64,000 bases of DNA, taken from positions 181,390 through 245,389 of the forward strand of contig JAFQRW010000008.1 in NCBI GenBank assembly GCA_017409875.1, given 5' to 3'. The notes under the pieces are model-generated. The model did no database searches. It saw only the letters and a list, made by a program, of their open reading frames with translations, and was not told the origin of the DNA. Each line of letters begins with the position of its first letter. The first letter of the stretch is position 1. Origin of the DNA: Clostridia bacterium (GTDB lineage Bacteria > Bacillota > Clostridia > RGIG6154). The translations under genes and the position numbers were made by a program. Below are positions 39,168-48,981 of this stretch, piece by piece.

Positions 39168-39196
39168 TTGCAATTTTTGCATATTTATGATATAAT
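39168..39196 (+). promoter_or_regulatory. sigma-70-type promoter with about 210-nt leader before the HTH/sdaA gene
   Basis: TTGCAA, 17-nt spacer, TATAAT. Confidence 0.45.
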
Positions 39197-39404
39197 ATTT
39201 TGACGGGAAATCTAGTGTTCTCGCAGATTTTAAGGAAAAGTGTTAAAGGAAAACTATGTTCTCTTGATTTGACACCAGTAGAAAAATGATAGTCGCATCA
39301 ACCACAGATAGAGTTGATGTGGCGATAATATTTTAAAATGCCTTTATAGTTGGAAGTTTTTTAGTTATAATATTTAGTGAAATTTCTTATATGAGGTAGA
39401 GAAA

Positions 39405-40841
39405 ATGGATAGATTTAATTCGAATAAGCTTAAGCAGTTGAGAGAGGCAAATCGCATTACTCAAAAACAACTTGGAGATTTATTGGGAATAAGCGACAGA
39501 GCAGTTTCAAAATGGGAATCAGAATTGTCCAAACCCTCGGGGAAAAATCTTGTTTCTTTAGCAAAAATATTTAATGTGACAGTAGAAAGCTTTTTTGAAA
39601 ACTCAAGCATTATAAAAACTAAAAAAGAAAATACTATTGCTGGTATGGAATCGTTAACCGAACTGTATAAAATTGGAAGAGGACCGTCAAGCTCACATAC
39701 AATTGGTCCTGAAAAGGCGTGTTTGATTTTCAAAAGCAGAAATAAGGACGCAGATAGATTTAAGGCCATTTTATATGGTTCTCTTGCTAAAACAGGAAAA
39801 GGGCATTGTACAGATGAAGTAATACGGAAAACATTTTCTCCTTATGAATGCGAAGTCGAATTTAACTATATTTATGACGATATCCCACACCCGAATACAA
39901 TGGAACTTATTTCATATAAGAAAAATATCGAGCAAGATAGAATAAGAGTTTTTAGTATAGGCGGCGGTAGTATTGCATTTGAAAATGATGTTTATGAAAC
40001 TCCTGAAAGAATATATAAACTTGATAAATTTACTTCAATAGCAAGTTATTGTGAAGAAAAAAATATACGACTTTGGCAGTATGCTGTTGAAAATGAAGAC
40101 GAAGAATTTTCAGACTATATGCATAAAATATGGAATGCTATGAAAACGGCTATAAAAAGCGGATTAGTTGATACAGGAGAACTTCCAGGTGGATTAGGGA
40201 TTCAAAAGAAAGCAAAATCTCTATTTAATAATCAGCATGTTGACGAATCACCTGTTACAAAAGAAAATAGAATAGTTTGCTCCTATGCTTTCGCTGTCGG
40301 CGAACAAAATGCATCCGGAGAAAAAATTGTCACTGCTCCTACATGTGGTGCTGCAGGTATTGTGCCGGCGGTTTTATACTATCAGCAACAAAAGAATAAT
40401 TTTAGTGATGAAAGTATAGTTCGTTCGCTTATGACAGCAGGAATAATAGGGAATTTGATAAAGACTAACGCATCTATATCGGGAGCAGAATGTGGGTGTC
40501 AGGCGGAGGTTGGAAGTGCTTGCGCTATGGCTGCTGCTGCACTTGGAGAACTGTTTGAGCTTTCTATTGATAAGATTGAATATGCGGCAGAAATTGCTAT
40601 TGAGCATCATTTAGGTCTTACTTGTGATCCAATCTGCGGGTTGGTTCAAATTCCGTGTATTGAACGAAACGCTGTTGCTGCGATGAGAGCAATAAATGCT
40701 GTTAATTTAGCAAGCTTTTTATGGAATACAAGAAAAATTTCGTTAGATAAAGTTATTCAAACCATGAAAGAAACAGGTTATGATATGCATAAATCATATA
40801 AAGAAACTTCCGAGGCGGGGCTTGCTAAAATTCATATATGA
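39405..40841 (+). CDS. sdaA: XRE-family HTH domain fused in frame to Fe-S-dependent L-serine dehydratase (single-chain beta+alpha)
   Basis: Residues 1-70 form a Cro/C1 HTH (ITQKQLGDLLGISDRAVSKWE). From MESLTELYKIGRGPSSSHTIGPEKA onward it matches the L-serine dehydratase beta then alpha domains. No stop codon lies between them. Confidence 0.7.
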   Translation: MDRFNSNKLKQLREANRITQKQLGDLLGISDRAVSKWESELSKPSGKNLVSLAKIFNVTVESFFENSSIIKTKKENTIAGMESLTELYKIGRGPSSSHTIGPEKACLIFKSRNKDADRFKAILYGSLAKTGKGHCTDEVIRKTFSPYECEVEFNYIYDDIPHPNTMELISYKKNIEQDRIRVFSIGGGSIAFENDVYETPERIYKLDKFTSIASYCEEKNIRLWQYAVENEDEEFSDYMHKIWNAMKTAIKSGLVDTGELPGGLGIQKKAKSLFNNQHVDESPVTKENRIVCSYAFAVGEQNASGEKIVTAPTCGAAGIVPAVLYYQQQKNNFSDESIVRSLMTAGIIGNLIKTNASISGAECGCQAEVGSACAMAAAALGELFELSIDKIEYAAEIAIEHHLGLTCDPICGLVQIPCIERNAVAAMRAINAVNLASFLWNTRKISLDKVIQTMKETGYDMHKSYKETSEAGLAKIHI

Positions 40842-40922
40842 TAAAGAAAATAAAGTGGTTAGTGTTGTGTGCTAACTCGTGAGTAGTAAAAGTAAAAATC
40901 CTGACTTAAGGTGGAGATACAA

Positions 40923-42032
40923 ATGAAAGTATTAGTATTGACAATACCCACAGGCGGAGGACATTTGTCAACCGGTGTAGCAATAGAAAAATACATGAAA
41001 CAACGTGGCCATGAGGCAAAGCTGATTGATGTTTACAAGTATATCAGCAGACTTTTGGGAGGTAGCGTCCAAAAGGGATATTTGGCATCAACTAAATATG
41101 CCCCCAATATGTATGGCAAGTTTTACAGAATTGCAGAAAAAAGTGATTCTTATGATAAATTTCACATGCTAAAGGCAGCAAATAGTCTTATGACAATAAA
41201 ATTTGCAAAATACATGAAAGCGTATAAGCCGGATGTGGTTATTGCAACGCACGTTTTAGCGGCACATTTAATTAATGCTTTAGATGATGATATTTTATCG
41301 TCGGTTATTACTATGGGTATTGTTACTGATTATACAATCCATCCTTTTTGGGATGAAACCTGTCTTGATTACTATATAACAGCATCAGAACTTTTAAATT
41401 GTCAGGCAGCAAAGAAAAATCTGCCGCTTAAAAAGGTTAAACCTTTTGGTATACCAATCGACCAGAAATTTGCAGATAAAATTGAAAAAACAGAGGCAAG
41501 AAAGATAATTGGAATAGATAATAAGCCTACTGTTTTGGTAATGAGCGGCTCTATGGGATTTGGCAAAGTGTTAAAACACATAAAAGAACTTGATAAGCTT
41601 GAAATGGATTTTCAGATGATAGTGGTATGTGGCAATAACAAGACTTTAAAGAGAAAAGTAGATGAACTTGAAACTGTAAAAAAAGTATATAGTTTTGGTT
41701 TTGTAAACAATGTAGACGTTTTGATGGATGCGTCTGACTGCATAATCACAAAACCGGGCGGACTTACCGTTTCAGAAAGCCTGGCAAAAGGTATGCCAAT
41801 GATTCTCATAAATCCAATTCCGGGTCAGGAGGACAGAAATGTTGAGTTTTTGCTTAACAACGGTATGGCACAGCTTATAACTTCCACATATCCCGTAGAT
41901 GAGGCTATTTATCAGCTCTTTAAGAATGAATGGAAAATTGGAAATCTTTCTGAAGGTATAAAATATATCGGAAAACCTTATGCCACACGTGATTTGTGTG
42001 AGTTTATTATAAGTCTTGGAGAGAGGGAATAA
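40923..42032 (+). CDS. MGDG-synthase-family glycosyltransferase (diacylglycerol glycosyltransferase, UgtP/YpfP-like, GT28)
   Basis: MKVLVLTIPTGGGHLSTGVAIEKYMKQRGHE and a GT-B C-terminal half. ATG at 40923 after AAGGTGGAG. Confidence 0.75.
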   Translation: MKVLVLTIPTGGGHLSTGVAIEKYMKQRGHEAKLIDVYKYISRLLGGSVQKGYLASTKYAPNMYGKFYRIAEKSDSYDKFHMLKAANSLMTIKFAKYMKAYKPDVVIATHVLAAHLINALDDDILSSVITMGIVTDYTIHPFWDETCLDYYITASELLNCQAAKKNLPLKKVKPFGIPIDQKFADKIEKTEARKIIGIDNKPTVLVMSGSMGFGKVLKHIKELDKLEMDFQMIVVCGNNKTLKRKVDELETVKKVYSFGFVNNVDVLMDASDCIITKPGGLTVSESLAKGMPMILINPIPGQEDRNVEFLLNNGMAQLITSTYPVDEAIYQLFKNEWKIGNLSEGIKYIGKPYATRDLCEFIISLGERE

Positions 42033-42035
42033 GAA

Positions 42036-42731
42036 TTGTTTGAAAAGCATTTGTTTCGTAAAGCCAAGGGGCAGCTTATTAAAGGAAACGAACAAAAAGC
42101 ACTTGAAATTTTTGAAAAACTTATGAAAAAGAAAAAGCCTACTCTTGAAATGAAAGTTTTTTATGCTTTCTATTTAATGAAAAACGGTGATTTCATAAAG
42201 GCAAGACAAGTTTATGATAACCTCATTTTGCCATTTAAAGGTAAGACAAAAAAGTGTTCAAGAGATACAAAAGTGCAGATCGAGCAAAACTATGCCCTTT
42301 TGCTGTGGAAAGAAGGCAACTTAAAAGAGGCAGTTAAAATAACAGAAAATATTTTAAAGGGTTACAAAAACTCGGTGGTGTATGGAAATTTAGGGTATTT
42401 TTATATACTGCAGGGAGAAATTGAAAAAGCACTAGAACTTAACAAAGAAGCTTATGATTTTTCATCTGACGATGCGATTATTTTAGACAATCTTGCGTTT
42501 AGCTATTACCTTTCAGGTAATATTGATAAGGCTGAAGAGATTTACATAAAAATGCACGAGCAAAAAAAGCCTGCATTTCCTGAAGGCTACTACAACTACG
42601 GATTGGTAGCTTTAAAAAAGGGAGATAAAGAAAAAGCAAAAGAGCTTTTTGAAAAAGCACTTTTGCAGAAGTTTTCTTATTTGTCTGACCTTACCAGAGA
42701 AACTGTTGAAAATGCGTTAAAAAACCTTTAA
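42036..42731 (+). CDS. tetratricopeptide (TPR) repeat protein
   Basis: 231 aa of TPR-like repeats (e.g. LGYFYILQGEIEKALELNKEAYDF). TTG start. Confidence 0.6.
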   Translation: MFEKHLFRKAKGQLIKGNEQKALEIFEKLMKKKKPTLEMKVFYAFYLMKNGDFIKARQVYDNLILPFKGKTKKCSRDTKVQIEQNYALLLWKEGNLKEAVKITENILKGYKNSVVYGNLGYFYILQGEIEKALELNKEAYDFSSDDAIILDNLAFSYYLSGNIDKAEEIYIKMHEQKKPAFPEGYYNYGLVALKKGDKEKAKELFEKALLQKFSYLSDLTRETVENALKNL

Positions 42732-43675
42732 AAGTTTTGTGCAAAATCAACCTTTTCTACTGTGAATTCCTTTCCCTTTAAGTAATCAAGGGGAGAGGGA
42801 GAAGAAAAATTAAACTTAATCTTGTATGAGTACAGCGCCTGGTGTTTAAAGCCAAGGTGCTGATTTTGTTTGTTGGTACCATACTTGGTATCGCCTGCTA
42901 AAGGATGCCCTATGTAGGCAAAATGCGCCCTTATCTGGTGAGTTCTCCCTGTAAGAAGGTCAACTTCAACCAAAGATAATCCGTCTTTTTCTTTTAATAC
43001 CTTATATTTAGTTGAAATTTTTCTTGCACCTTCTTGCGGAGTATCAAATATAAATGCGCGGTTGAGCTTGCTGTTTTTTATATGATAAGCATTTAATGTA
43101 TCACTTTTTTTGTCAAGAGTGCCGTGAATGATGCAAAGATATTTTTTTAAAATTTCTCTGTTTTTAATTTTTTCATTGATAGTGCGCAGAGCAGTTGCGT
43201 TTTTTGCAGCAATTACAATTCCGCCCGTGTTTTTGTCAATCCTGTTGCAAAGCGAGGGGGTAAAAGAGCTTTTATCATCAGGGTTATATTCTCCTTTTAG
43301 ATAAAGGTATGCCTGAATTTGCGTAACAAGGTCGTCGCTTTTATCTTGTGTTAAATCAGAATGAACGCTTATACCGGGTTTTTTGTCAACTAAAATTATA
43401 TTTTCATCTTCATATAAAATGCTTAAAACAGGAACAACAGAGTAAACGTCAGGTTTACTCTGTTTTGTTTCTAAAAACTCATCTTTAATGTATAGCTCCA
43501 ATGTATCCCCCACAGAAAGTCTTGAAGAAATTTCGCATCTTTTTCCGTTAAGTTTAATATCCTTTTTACGAATGCTTTTATACATCATAGACTGCGGAAG
43601 ACAAGGAAACATTTTTGTTAAGAATTTGTCAAGTCTCTGGTTTGCGTCATTTTCGCCGATAATAAATTTTTGCAT
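42728..43675 (-). CDS. RluA family pseudouridine synthase (S4 domain + catalytic domain)
   Basis: N-terminal S4-like domain. Catalytic motif CNRIDKNTGGIVIAAK (HRLD-type). HQIRAHF. Confidence 0.8.
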   Translation of the reverse strand: MQKFIIGENDANQRLDKFLTKMFPCLPQSMMYKSIRKKDIKLNGKRCEISSRLSVGDTLELYIKDEFLETKQSKPDVYSVVPVLSILYEDENIILVDKKPGISVHSDLTQDKSDDLVTQIQAYLYLKGEYNPDDKSSFTPSLCNRIDKNTGGIVIAAKNATALRTINEKIKNREILKKYLCIIHGTLDKKSDTLNAYHIKNSKLNRAFIFDTPQEGARKISTKYKVLKEKDGLSLVEVDLLTGRTHQIRAHFAYIGHPLAGDTKYGTNKQNQHLGFKHQALYSYKIKFNFSSPSPLDYLKGKEFTVEKVDFAQNF

Positions 43676-43678
43676 TGT

Positions 43679-44599
43679 TTAGTCCAATATATAAATTTTT
43701 GCAGCTCTTCTGCCGAATTTTAAACATTCTGAGCGTGAGTTGAAGAAAAGGTCAACTTTGTTACCTTTGATTGCTCCGCCTGTATCGCCGGCAATAGCTT
43801 CACCGTATACCCAGCTACCGTCTGCAGCTTCAATATAAAGTCTTGTGCCAAGCGGAATAACTCTTGGGTCTACTGCAACAACACCATACTGAGCACGCAT
43901 GCCGGATGCAGTAATACCGTATCCTCTGTCGCCCGGGTTTTTACCGCAGCTTTCATAAGAAAGGTCATAGGCAGTAGCAGAAGCGGTAATTACATTGTTA
44001 AATGAAAGCTCTTTTCCACCTGATGTTACGAGTTTTGAACCTGTAACTGAAGAACCGGTTTTGTTATAAATAGTAACAACTTTTGTTCCTTGTTCAATAA
44101 TTTCGTCAACAGGTTTTTTGTCAATAATTTCTGATGTTAAAACTCTTGAAGTTTCTACACCGTTTTCATATCTTACTGTGTAGGTTGAGGTTTTTAAACC
44201 GTCATTACCTTCACGGATAAGCTTTGAAGTTCCTTTTTCCAAAGAGCTGTTATAAGTTGTGATAGAATCTTTTTTTATAACTTCAGTTTCTGTAACAGTA
44301 TCCGTGCTTACTCGTACAACCTCAAAAGTAAGTGTGTTTGTTTCACTGTTAAATACAGGCTTTATATAATCATCGCCTGAAATTGCATAACCGTTGTAGT
44401 TTAAAAAGTTTTTGTCAATATCTGAATATGGGTCGTTACCTTTATAGTTTAAGTCGATAAGTTTTCCACCGTCTAAAACGCATATTCTCATTTCAGATGC
44501 AGGATCTTTAGTATACGCTGAGACAATGGGAGCGATGATAGAAACCAAAACCAGTGAAATCAGAATTCTGGTCATCACCTTTTTAGATTTAAAAAACAT
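43679..44599 (-). CDS. 3D-domain protein with G5 domain (YabE/YuiC-like putative cell-wall-binding lytic transglycosylase-like protein)
   Basis: N-terminal TM or signal. G5-like middle region. C-terminal 3D domain (YGEAIAGDTGGAIKGNKVDLFF). Start at the ATG after GGAGG. Confidence 0.7.
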   Translation of the reverse strand: MFFKSKKVMTRILISLVLVSIIAPIVSAYTKDPASEMRICVLDGGKLIDLNYKGNDPYSDIDKNFLNYNGYAISGDDYIKPVFNSETNTLTFEVVRVSTDTVTETEVIKKDSITTYNSSLEKGTSKLIREGNDGLKTSTYTVRYENGVETSRVLTSEIIDKKPVDEIIEQGTKVVTIYNKTGSSVTGSKLVTSGGKELSFNNVITASATAYDLSYESCGKNPGDRGYGITASGMRAQYGVVAVDPRVIPLGTRLYIEAADGSWVYGEAIAGDTGGAIKGNKVDLFFNSRSECLKFGRRAAKIYILD

Positions 44600-44829
44600 A
44601 AGTACCTCCAAATCGTTTATGGCAATTACTCTGTATTAAAATGACAAAAATCGCCATTTTGAGCCATTTGCCGTATCGTATTTCTTTGGACTTGATAGAT
44701 TGTAACACTTTTTTAACAATTTGTCAAGTTTTTTTAATAAAAATTCGATATCTGTTACAAATTATATACAGATTTTGGATAAAATATGCACTTATTATTC
44801 GCATTAGGGTATCCAAAACCCGTCAAAAC

Positions 44830-44858
44830 TTGACTTTTTTATAGCATAATGCTATAAT
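44830..44858 (+). promoter_or_regulatory. sigma-70-type promoter for the t6A gene cluster
   Basis: TTGACT, 17-nt spacer, TATAAT. Confidence 0.5.
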
Positions 44859-44891
44859 CAAGTGAAAATATACTTATTAAAAGGACAGATT

Positions 44892-45302
44892 ATGGAAATG
44901 TTGTGCAAAAGCGCTGAAGATACAGTTTTAAGTGGCTTTGAATTTGGTAAAAAACTAAAAAAAGGTGATGTTGTGTGCTTAATCGGTGATTTGGGTGCGG
45001 GAAAGACAACCTTTACAAAGGGCATAGCAAAAGCACTTAATACAAAGTATGAGCCTGTAAGCCCCACATTTTCAATTGTGCATGATTATGGCGGAGATAT
45101 TCCGCTATATCATTTTGATTTGTATAGACTTACGAATGAAAATGATTTAATGAGTATTGATTTTGACAGCTATATTTTTTCTGACGGCATTTGCGTGATA
45201 GAGTGGCCTGACCTGGCACTGGATTTGCTTGAGAATTACTATACAGTTGAAATTAAATATAGTGGCAATATGCGTACCATAAATATAAAGGAGAGTGAAT
45301 AA
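44892..45302 (+). CDS. tsaE: tRNA threonylcarbamoyladenosine biosynthesis ATPase
   Basis: Walker A GDLGAGKTTFTKG. About 137 aa, typical TsaE. Confidence 0.8.
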   Translation: MEMLCKSAEDTVLSGFEFGKKLKKGDVVCLIGDLGAGKTTFTKGIAKALNTKYEPVSPTFSIVHDYGGDIPLYHFDLYRLTNENDLMSIDFDSYIFSDGICVIEWPDLALDLLENYYTVEIKYSGNMRTINIKESE

Positions 45303-45975
45303 ATTGAAAACTCTTGCTCTTGATACCGCAACTGCAGCCGCATCTGTTGCAGTTGTTGAGGACGGCAAAATGCTCGGAGTTATGACACTTAACTTAAAAA
45401 AACCTCATTCGCAGAAAATTATGGTAGCAGCACAAAAACTTTTAGAACAGTTAGAGCTTAAAGTAAGTGATATTGATTTGTTTGCTGCTGCTCACGGCCC
45501 TGGATCATTTACCGGATTGCGTGTGGGCATTGCTGCTGTAAAAGGTTTTGCAGACTCATTAAATAAGCCGGCTATAGGTGTTTCAACTTTAGAGGCAATG
45601 GCTTACCCTTATTTAATGTATAAAGACTTAGTATGTCCCTTGATTGATGCAAGACGAGATCAAGCATATTATGCAGTATATAAAAAAGGAACTCAAACAG
45701 AGGAAATTTTTAAGGCTGATTGTCAGAATATAAAAAATATTATCTGTCAGCTTGCAGTTTTAAACAAAAAAGTGATTTTTACAGGTGACTGTGTTTATAC
45801 TCATAAGGATTACATTGTTTCACAGCTTGGTGAAAATGCTGTGTTTGCAGATGAACTTTACTGCGTAAACAGTGCTGTGGCAGTAGGATATATTGCAGAA
45901 AAAAGATATTTATATAAAAAAGAAAGCGGGATTAGCCCCGATTACGTGTTAAAAGCATATACGGGAAATGATTGA
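45295..45975 (+). CDS. tsaB: tRNA threonylcarbamoyladenosine biosynthesis protein TsaB
   Basis: LALDTATAAASVAVVE ... GPGSFTGLRVGIA (Kae1/YeaZ fold without metal site). The start is either GTG at 45295 or TTG at 45304. Confidence 0.8.
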   Translation: MNKLKTLALDTATAAASVAVVEDGKMLGVMTLNLKKPHSQKIMVAAQKLLEQLELKVSDIDLFAAAHGPGSFTGLRVGIAAVKGFADSLNKPAIGVSTLEAMAYPYLMYKDLVCPLIDARRDQAYYAVYKKGTQTEEIFKADCQNIKNIICQLAVLNKKVIFTGDCVYTHKDYIVSQLGENAVFADELYCVNSAVAVGYIAEKRYLYKKESGISPDYVLKAYTGND

Positions 45976-45985
45976 GGTGAATGAT

Positions 45986-46474
45986 ATGGAAAGAAGAGAT
46001 AAGGTTAATTACTATCTTGATATCGCAGAAACTGTGTTAGAACGCGGAACTTGTTTAAGACGAAACTTTGGTGCTATTATTGTAAAAAACGATGAAATTG
46101 TGTCAACAGGCTATGTGGGTGCTCCCAGAAACAGACAGAATTGTATTGATATGGGAGAGTGCATAAGGCAAAAGCTTAATGTACCAAGAGGTACAAGATA
46201 TGAGCTTTGCCGCTCAGTTCACGCTGAGGCAAATGCAATAATCAGTGCATCAAGAAGTGAGATGATTGGTTCGGCTCTTTATCTCGTGGGTAAGGAAAAA
46301 TCAGACGGAACACTGGTAAAAAATGCAATGCCTTGTTCAATGTGTAAGAGAATGATAATAAATGCGGGCATAGAGAAAGTTTACATAAGAGATGATAAAG
46401 AAAATTATAGAGTATATAATGTGGTAGAGTGGGTTCATGATGACGATTCACTCGAAATGAAGGACAACTATTAA
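45986..46474 (+). CDS. deoxycytidylate (dCMP) deaminase family protein (ComEB-like)
   Basis: Zinc-binding HAE(ANAI) and PCSMC motifs. ATG at 45986 after GAGGTG. Confidence 0.75.
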   Translation: MERRDKVNYYLDIAETVLERGTCLRRNFGAIIVKNDEIVSTGYVGAPRNRQNCIDMGECIRQKLNVPRGTRYELCRSVHAEANAIISASRSEMIGSALYLVGKEKSDGTLVKNAMPCSMCKRMIINAGIEKVYIRDDKENYRVYNVVEWVHDDDSLEMKDNY

Positions 46475-46488
46475 AAGAGGACAGCTTA

Positions 46489-47502
46489 ATGGTAACGCAG
46501 TTTTTAAAGGTAGAAAAGGGCAAATATGAAAACTTAGAAAAAGCCGCCGCTATTATAAATAGAGGCGGACTTGTTGCATTCCCTACAGAAACAGTTTATG
46601 GTCTTGGAGCAGACGGACTTAATGAAACGGCTGTTAAAAAAATATACGTTGCAAAGGGAAGACCGGCAGATAATCCGCTTATTTTGCATATTTCTGACAA
46701 AAAGGATTTGCTTTCTTTGGTAACTGAAATTACTCCTGTTGCCCAAAAGCTTATGGAAAAATTCTGGCCAGGACCTATGACCCTTGTACTGAAAAAACAA
46801 AAAGTTGTTTCTGATACAGTTTCGGGGGGATTAGATACTGTTGCTGTAAGGCTTCCTGAAAATGAAATTGCAAGAAAACTTATTTCGCTTGCAAAAACAC
46901 CAATAGCAGCGCCATCTGCAAATTCTTCGGGAAGACCAAGTCCTACCAGGGCAAAGCACGTTTTAGAAGATTTAGACGGAAAAATTGATATGATTTTAGA
47001 TGGCGGTAGTTGTGATGTAGGCCTTGAGTCAACAGTTATTGATGTAACAGGACTTGAAGCGGTTATTTTAAGACCGGGCGGAGTTACCTATGACGATATT
47101 AAAGAACTTGGCATAAAGGTAAGCTACGATAAGCATCTTATAGATAAAAGCGCAGTTGAAAAACCTAAAAGCCCCGGCATGAAGTATAAGCATTATGCAC
47201 CAAAGGGAAATCTTGTTGTACTTGAAGGGGAGTATGAAAAAATCAAAGATTATATCAAAAAATTCCCGGATGCAGGTGTTCTTACTTTTGATGAATATCC
47301 TATAGGAAATAAAATTGAGTTTTCTTTGGGAAGTATTAATAAATCGGTACAGGGAAGCAAGCTGTTGTTTGATATTTTAAGAAAATTTGATAGTCTTGAC
47401 GTTAAAACAATGTTTGCAGTAAGACCTAAAGAAGACGGTATTGGTTTTGCACTTTGCAACCGTTTGTTTAAAGCGGCAGGCGGGCAGATTCTGGAGGTTT
47501 AA
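46489..47502 (+). CDS. tsaC: L-threonylcarbamoyladenylate synthase (TsaC/Sua5 with Sua5 C-terminal domain, YwlC-like)
   Basis: YrdC domain (AFPTETVYGLGAD ... KGRP) plus a C-terminal Sua5 domain. 337 aa. Confidence 0.8.
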   Translation: MVTQFLKVEKGKYENLEKAAAIINRGGLVAFPTETVYGLGADGLNETAVKKIYVAKGRPADNPLILHISDKKDLLSLVTEITPVAQKLMEKFWPGPMTLVLKKQKVVSDTVSGGLDTVAVRLPENEIARKLISLAKTPIAAPSANSSGRPSPTRAKHVLEDLDGKIDMILDGGSCDVGLESTVIDVTGLEAVILRPGGVTYDDIKELGIKVSYDKHLIDKSAVEKPKSPGMKYKHYAPKGNLVVLEGEYEKIKDYIKKFPDAGVLTFDEYPIGNKIEFSLGSINKSVQGSKLLFDILRKFDSLDVKTMFAVRPKEDGIGFALCNRLFKAAGGQILEV

Positions 47503-47503
47503 A

Positions 47504-47953
47504 ATGGAGTATAAAATAGTGCCTTTGACAGAAGAACACGTCAGTGGCATTAAATTGATAGATGATTTGTGCTTTGAGTCGCCATGGTCGCTAAAATCTT
47601 TTAAAAGTGAACTTTCAAATCCGCTCGCTGTGTATTTTGTTGCACTTATGGGCGAGCAGGTAATCGGCTACTGTGGTTATTGGTGGGTTTTTGATGAAGG
47701 TCAGATTACAAATATAGCAGTGCATCCCGATTACAGAAAAATGGGGATTGCATCTAAACTAATGGATGAAATGGTTAAAAAATGCTCTGTTACAGATGTG
47801 TATTCACTTACATTAGAGGTAAGAGTAAGCAATAAACCTGCAATTTTACTGTATGAAAAGTACGGATTTAAAAAAGTAGGGCTCAGACCTAAATATTACG
47901 ACAATAAAGAAGATGCACTGCTTATGACAAAGGAGATAGAACAAGTTGGCTAA
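47504..47953 (+). CDS. rimI: ribosomal-protein-alanine N-acetyltransferase (GNAT)
   Basis: GNAT motifs. ATG at 47504 after GGAGG. Between tsaC and tsaD, the usual position in Firmicutes. Confidence 0.75.
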   Translation: MEYKIVPLTEEHVSGIKLIDDLCFESPWSLKSFKSELSNPLAVYFVALMGEQVIGYCGYWWVFDEGQITNIAVHPDYRKMGIASKLMDEMVKKCSVTDVYSLTLEVRVSNKPAILLYEKYGFKKVGLRPKYYDNKEDALLMTKEIEQVG

Positions 47954-48947
47954 AATTCTTGCAATAGAAAGCTCATGCGATGAAACTGCTGCCGCAGTAG
48001 TTGAAGACGGTACAAAAGTTTTGTCAAACATAATAAATTCTCAGGCTAAGCTTCATAAAAAGTATGGAGGAGTAGTGCCTGAGGTTGCATCACGCCTTCA
48101 TGCAGAGGTTATAGACAGTGTTGTAAAAGAGGCGCTTAAAACAGCTAATTGCACTCTTGATGAAATAGATGCCGTTGCAGTAACTTATGCTCCCGGTTTA
48201 ATTGGATCGCTTTTGGTAGGACTTTCTTATGCAAAGGCTTTGGCTCATGGAGCAAACAAACCTTTAATTGCGGTACATCATATTGAAGGGCACATTTGTG
48301 CTAATTATTTGTCGGGGCTGACACCGCCGTTCGTGTCACTTGTAGCATCAGGCGGACATAGCCATATTATATATGTCCCTGATTATCGCAAGTATAAAGT
48401 TTTAGGAAAAACCAGAGACGATGCAGCAGGTGAGGCTTTTGATAAGGTTGCCAGAGTGTTAGGACTTGGCTATCCTGGTGGGCCAAGCATAGATAAAGCC
48501 GCAAAGATGGGCAAAAACAGAATTCCGATAACCAAGCCGAAATTTCACGAAGAAACGCTTGATTTTTCATTTAGCGGAATAAAAACTGCCATTATAAACT
48601 ATTGCCATAATGCTGAACAAAAAGGCGAAGAAATTAATGTTTCAGATGTTGCGATGAGTTTTCAGGATACTGTTGTGGAAATTTTAACTGATAACACATT
48701 TAAGGGTGTAAAGCAAGCAGGTGTTAAAAAAGTGTGCCTGGCAGGCGGAGTTGCTTCAAACTCAAAACTTCGCGAAAGCTTTAAACAAAGGGCGCAAGAA
48801 GAAGGTGTTGAGTTTTTCTGCCCCGAACTGATATTTTGTACAGACAATGCTGTAATGATAGGGGCAGCAGCTTACCACTATTATTTAAGAAAAGAGTTTT
48901 CAGGACTTGATTTAAATGCTATGGCGTTTGTGCCTATTGAAGATTAA
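47946..48947 (+). CDS. tsaD: tRNA N6-adenosine threonylcarbamoyltransferase
   Basis: [14 protein letters not shown] ... HHIEGHI (metal-binding His pair) ... Kae1/TsaD fold. Confidence 0.85.
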   Translation: MAKILAIESSCDETAAAVVEDGTKVLSNIINSQAKLHKKYGGVVPEVASRLHAEVIDSVVKEALKTANCTLDEIDAVAVTYAPGLIGSLLVGLSYAKALAHGANKPLIAVHHIEGHICANYLSGLTPPFVSLVASGGHSHIIYVPDYRKYKVLGKTRDDAAGEAFDKVARVLGLGYPGGPSIDKAAKMGKNRIPITKPKFHEETLDFSFSGIKTAIINYCHNAEQKGEEINVSDVAMSFQDTVVEILTDNTFKGVKQAGVKKVCLAGGVASNSKLRESFKQRAQEEGVEFFCPELIFCTDNAVMIGAAAYHYYLRKEFSGLDLNAMAFVPIED

Positions 48948-48952
48948 AAAAA

Positions 48953-48981
48953 GCGGTGTGAATTTCACACCGTCTTTTTTT
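48953..48981. terminator. bidirectional rho-independent terminator
   Basis: GCGGTGTGAA-t-TTCACACCGTC with an A-run before and a T-run after. Sits between tsaD (+) and apt (-). Confidence 0.8.

Noticed and set aside
39141-39404. Possible T-box or riboswitch in the 210-nt sdaA leader.
   Set aside because: No T-box specifier/antiterminator consensus is present, and no glycine, SAM, TPP or other riboswitch core motif. Only a generic hairpin was found.
44600-44730. ydaO/c-di-AMP riboswitch upstream of the 3D-domain gene.
   Set aside because: Conserved ydaO elements (ACGGGGAGCC, pseudo-two-fold architecture) are absent.
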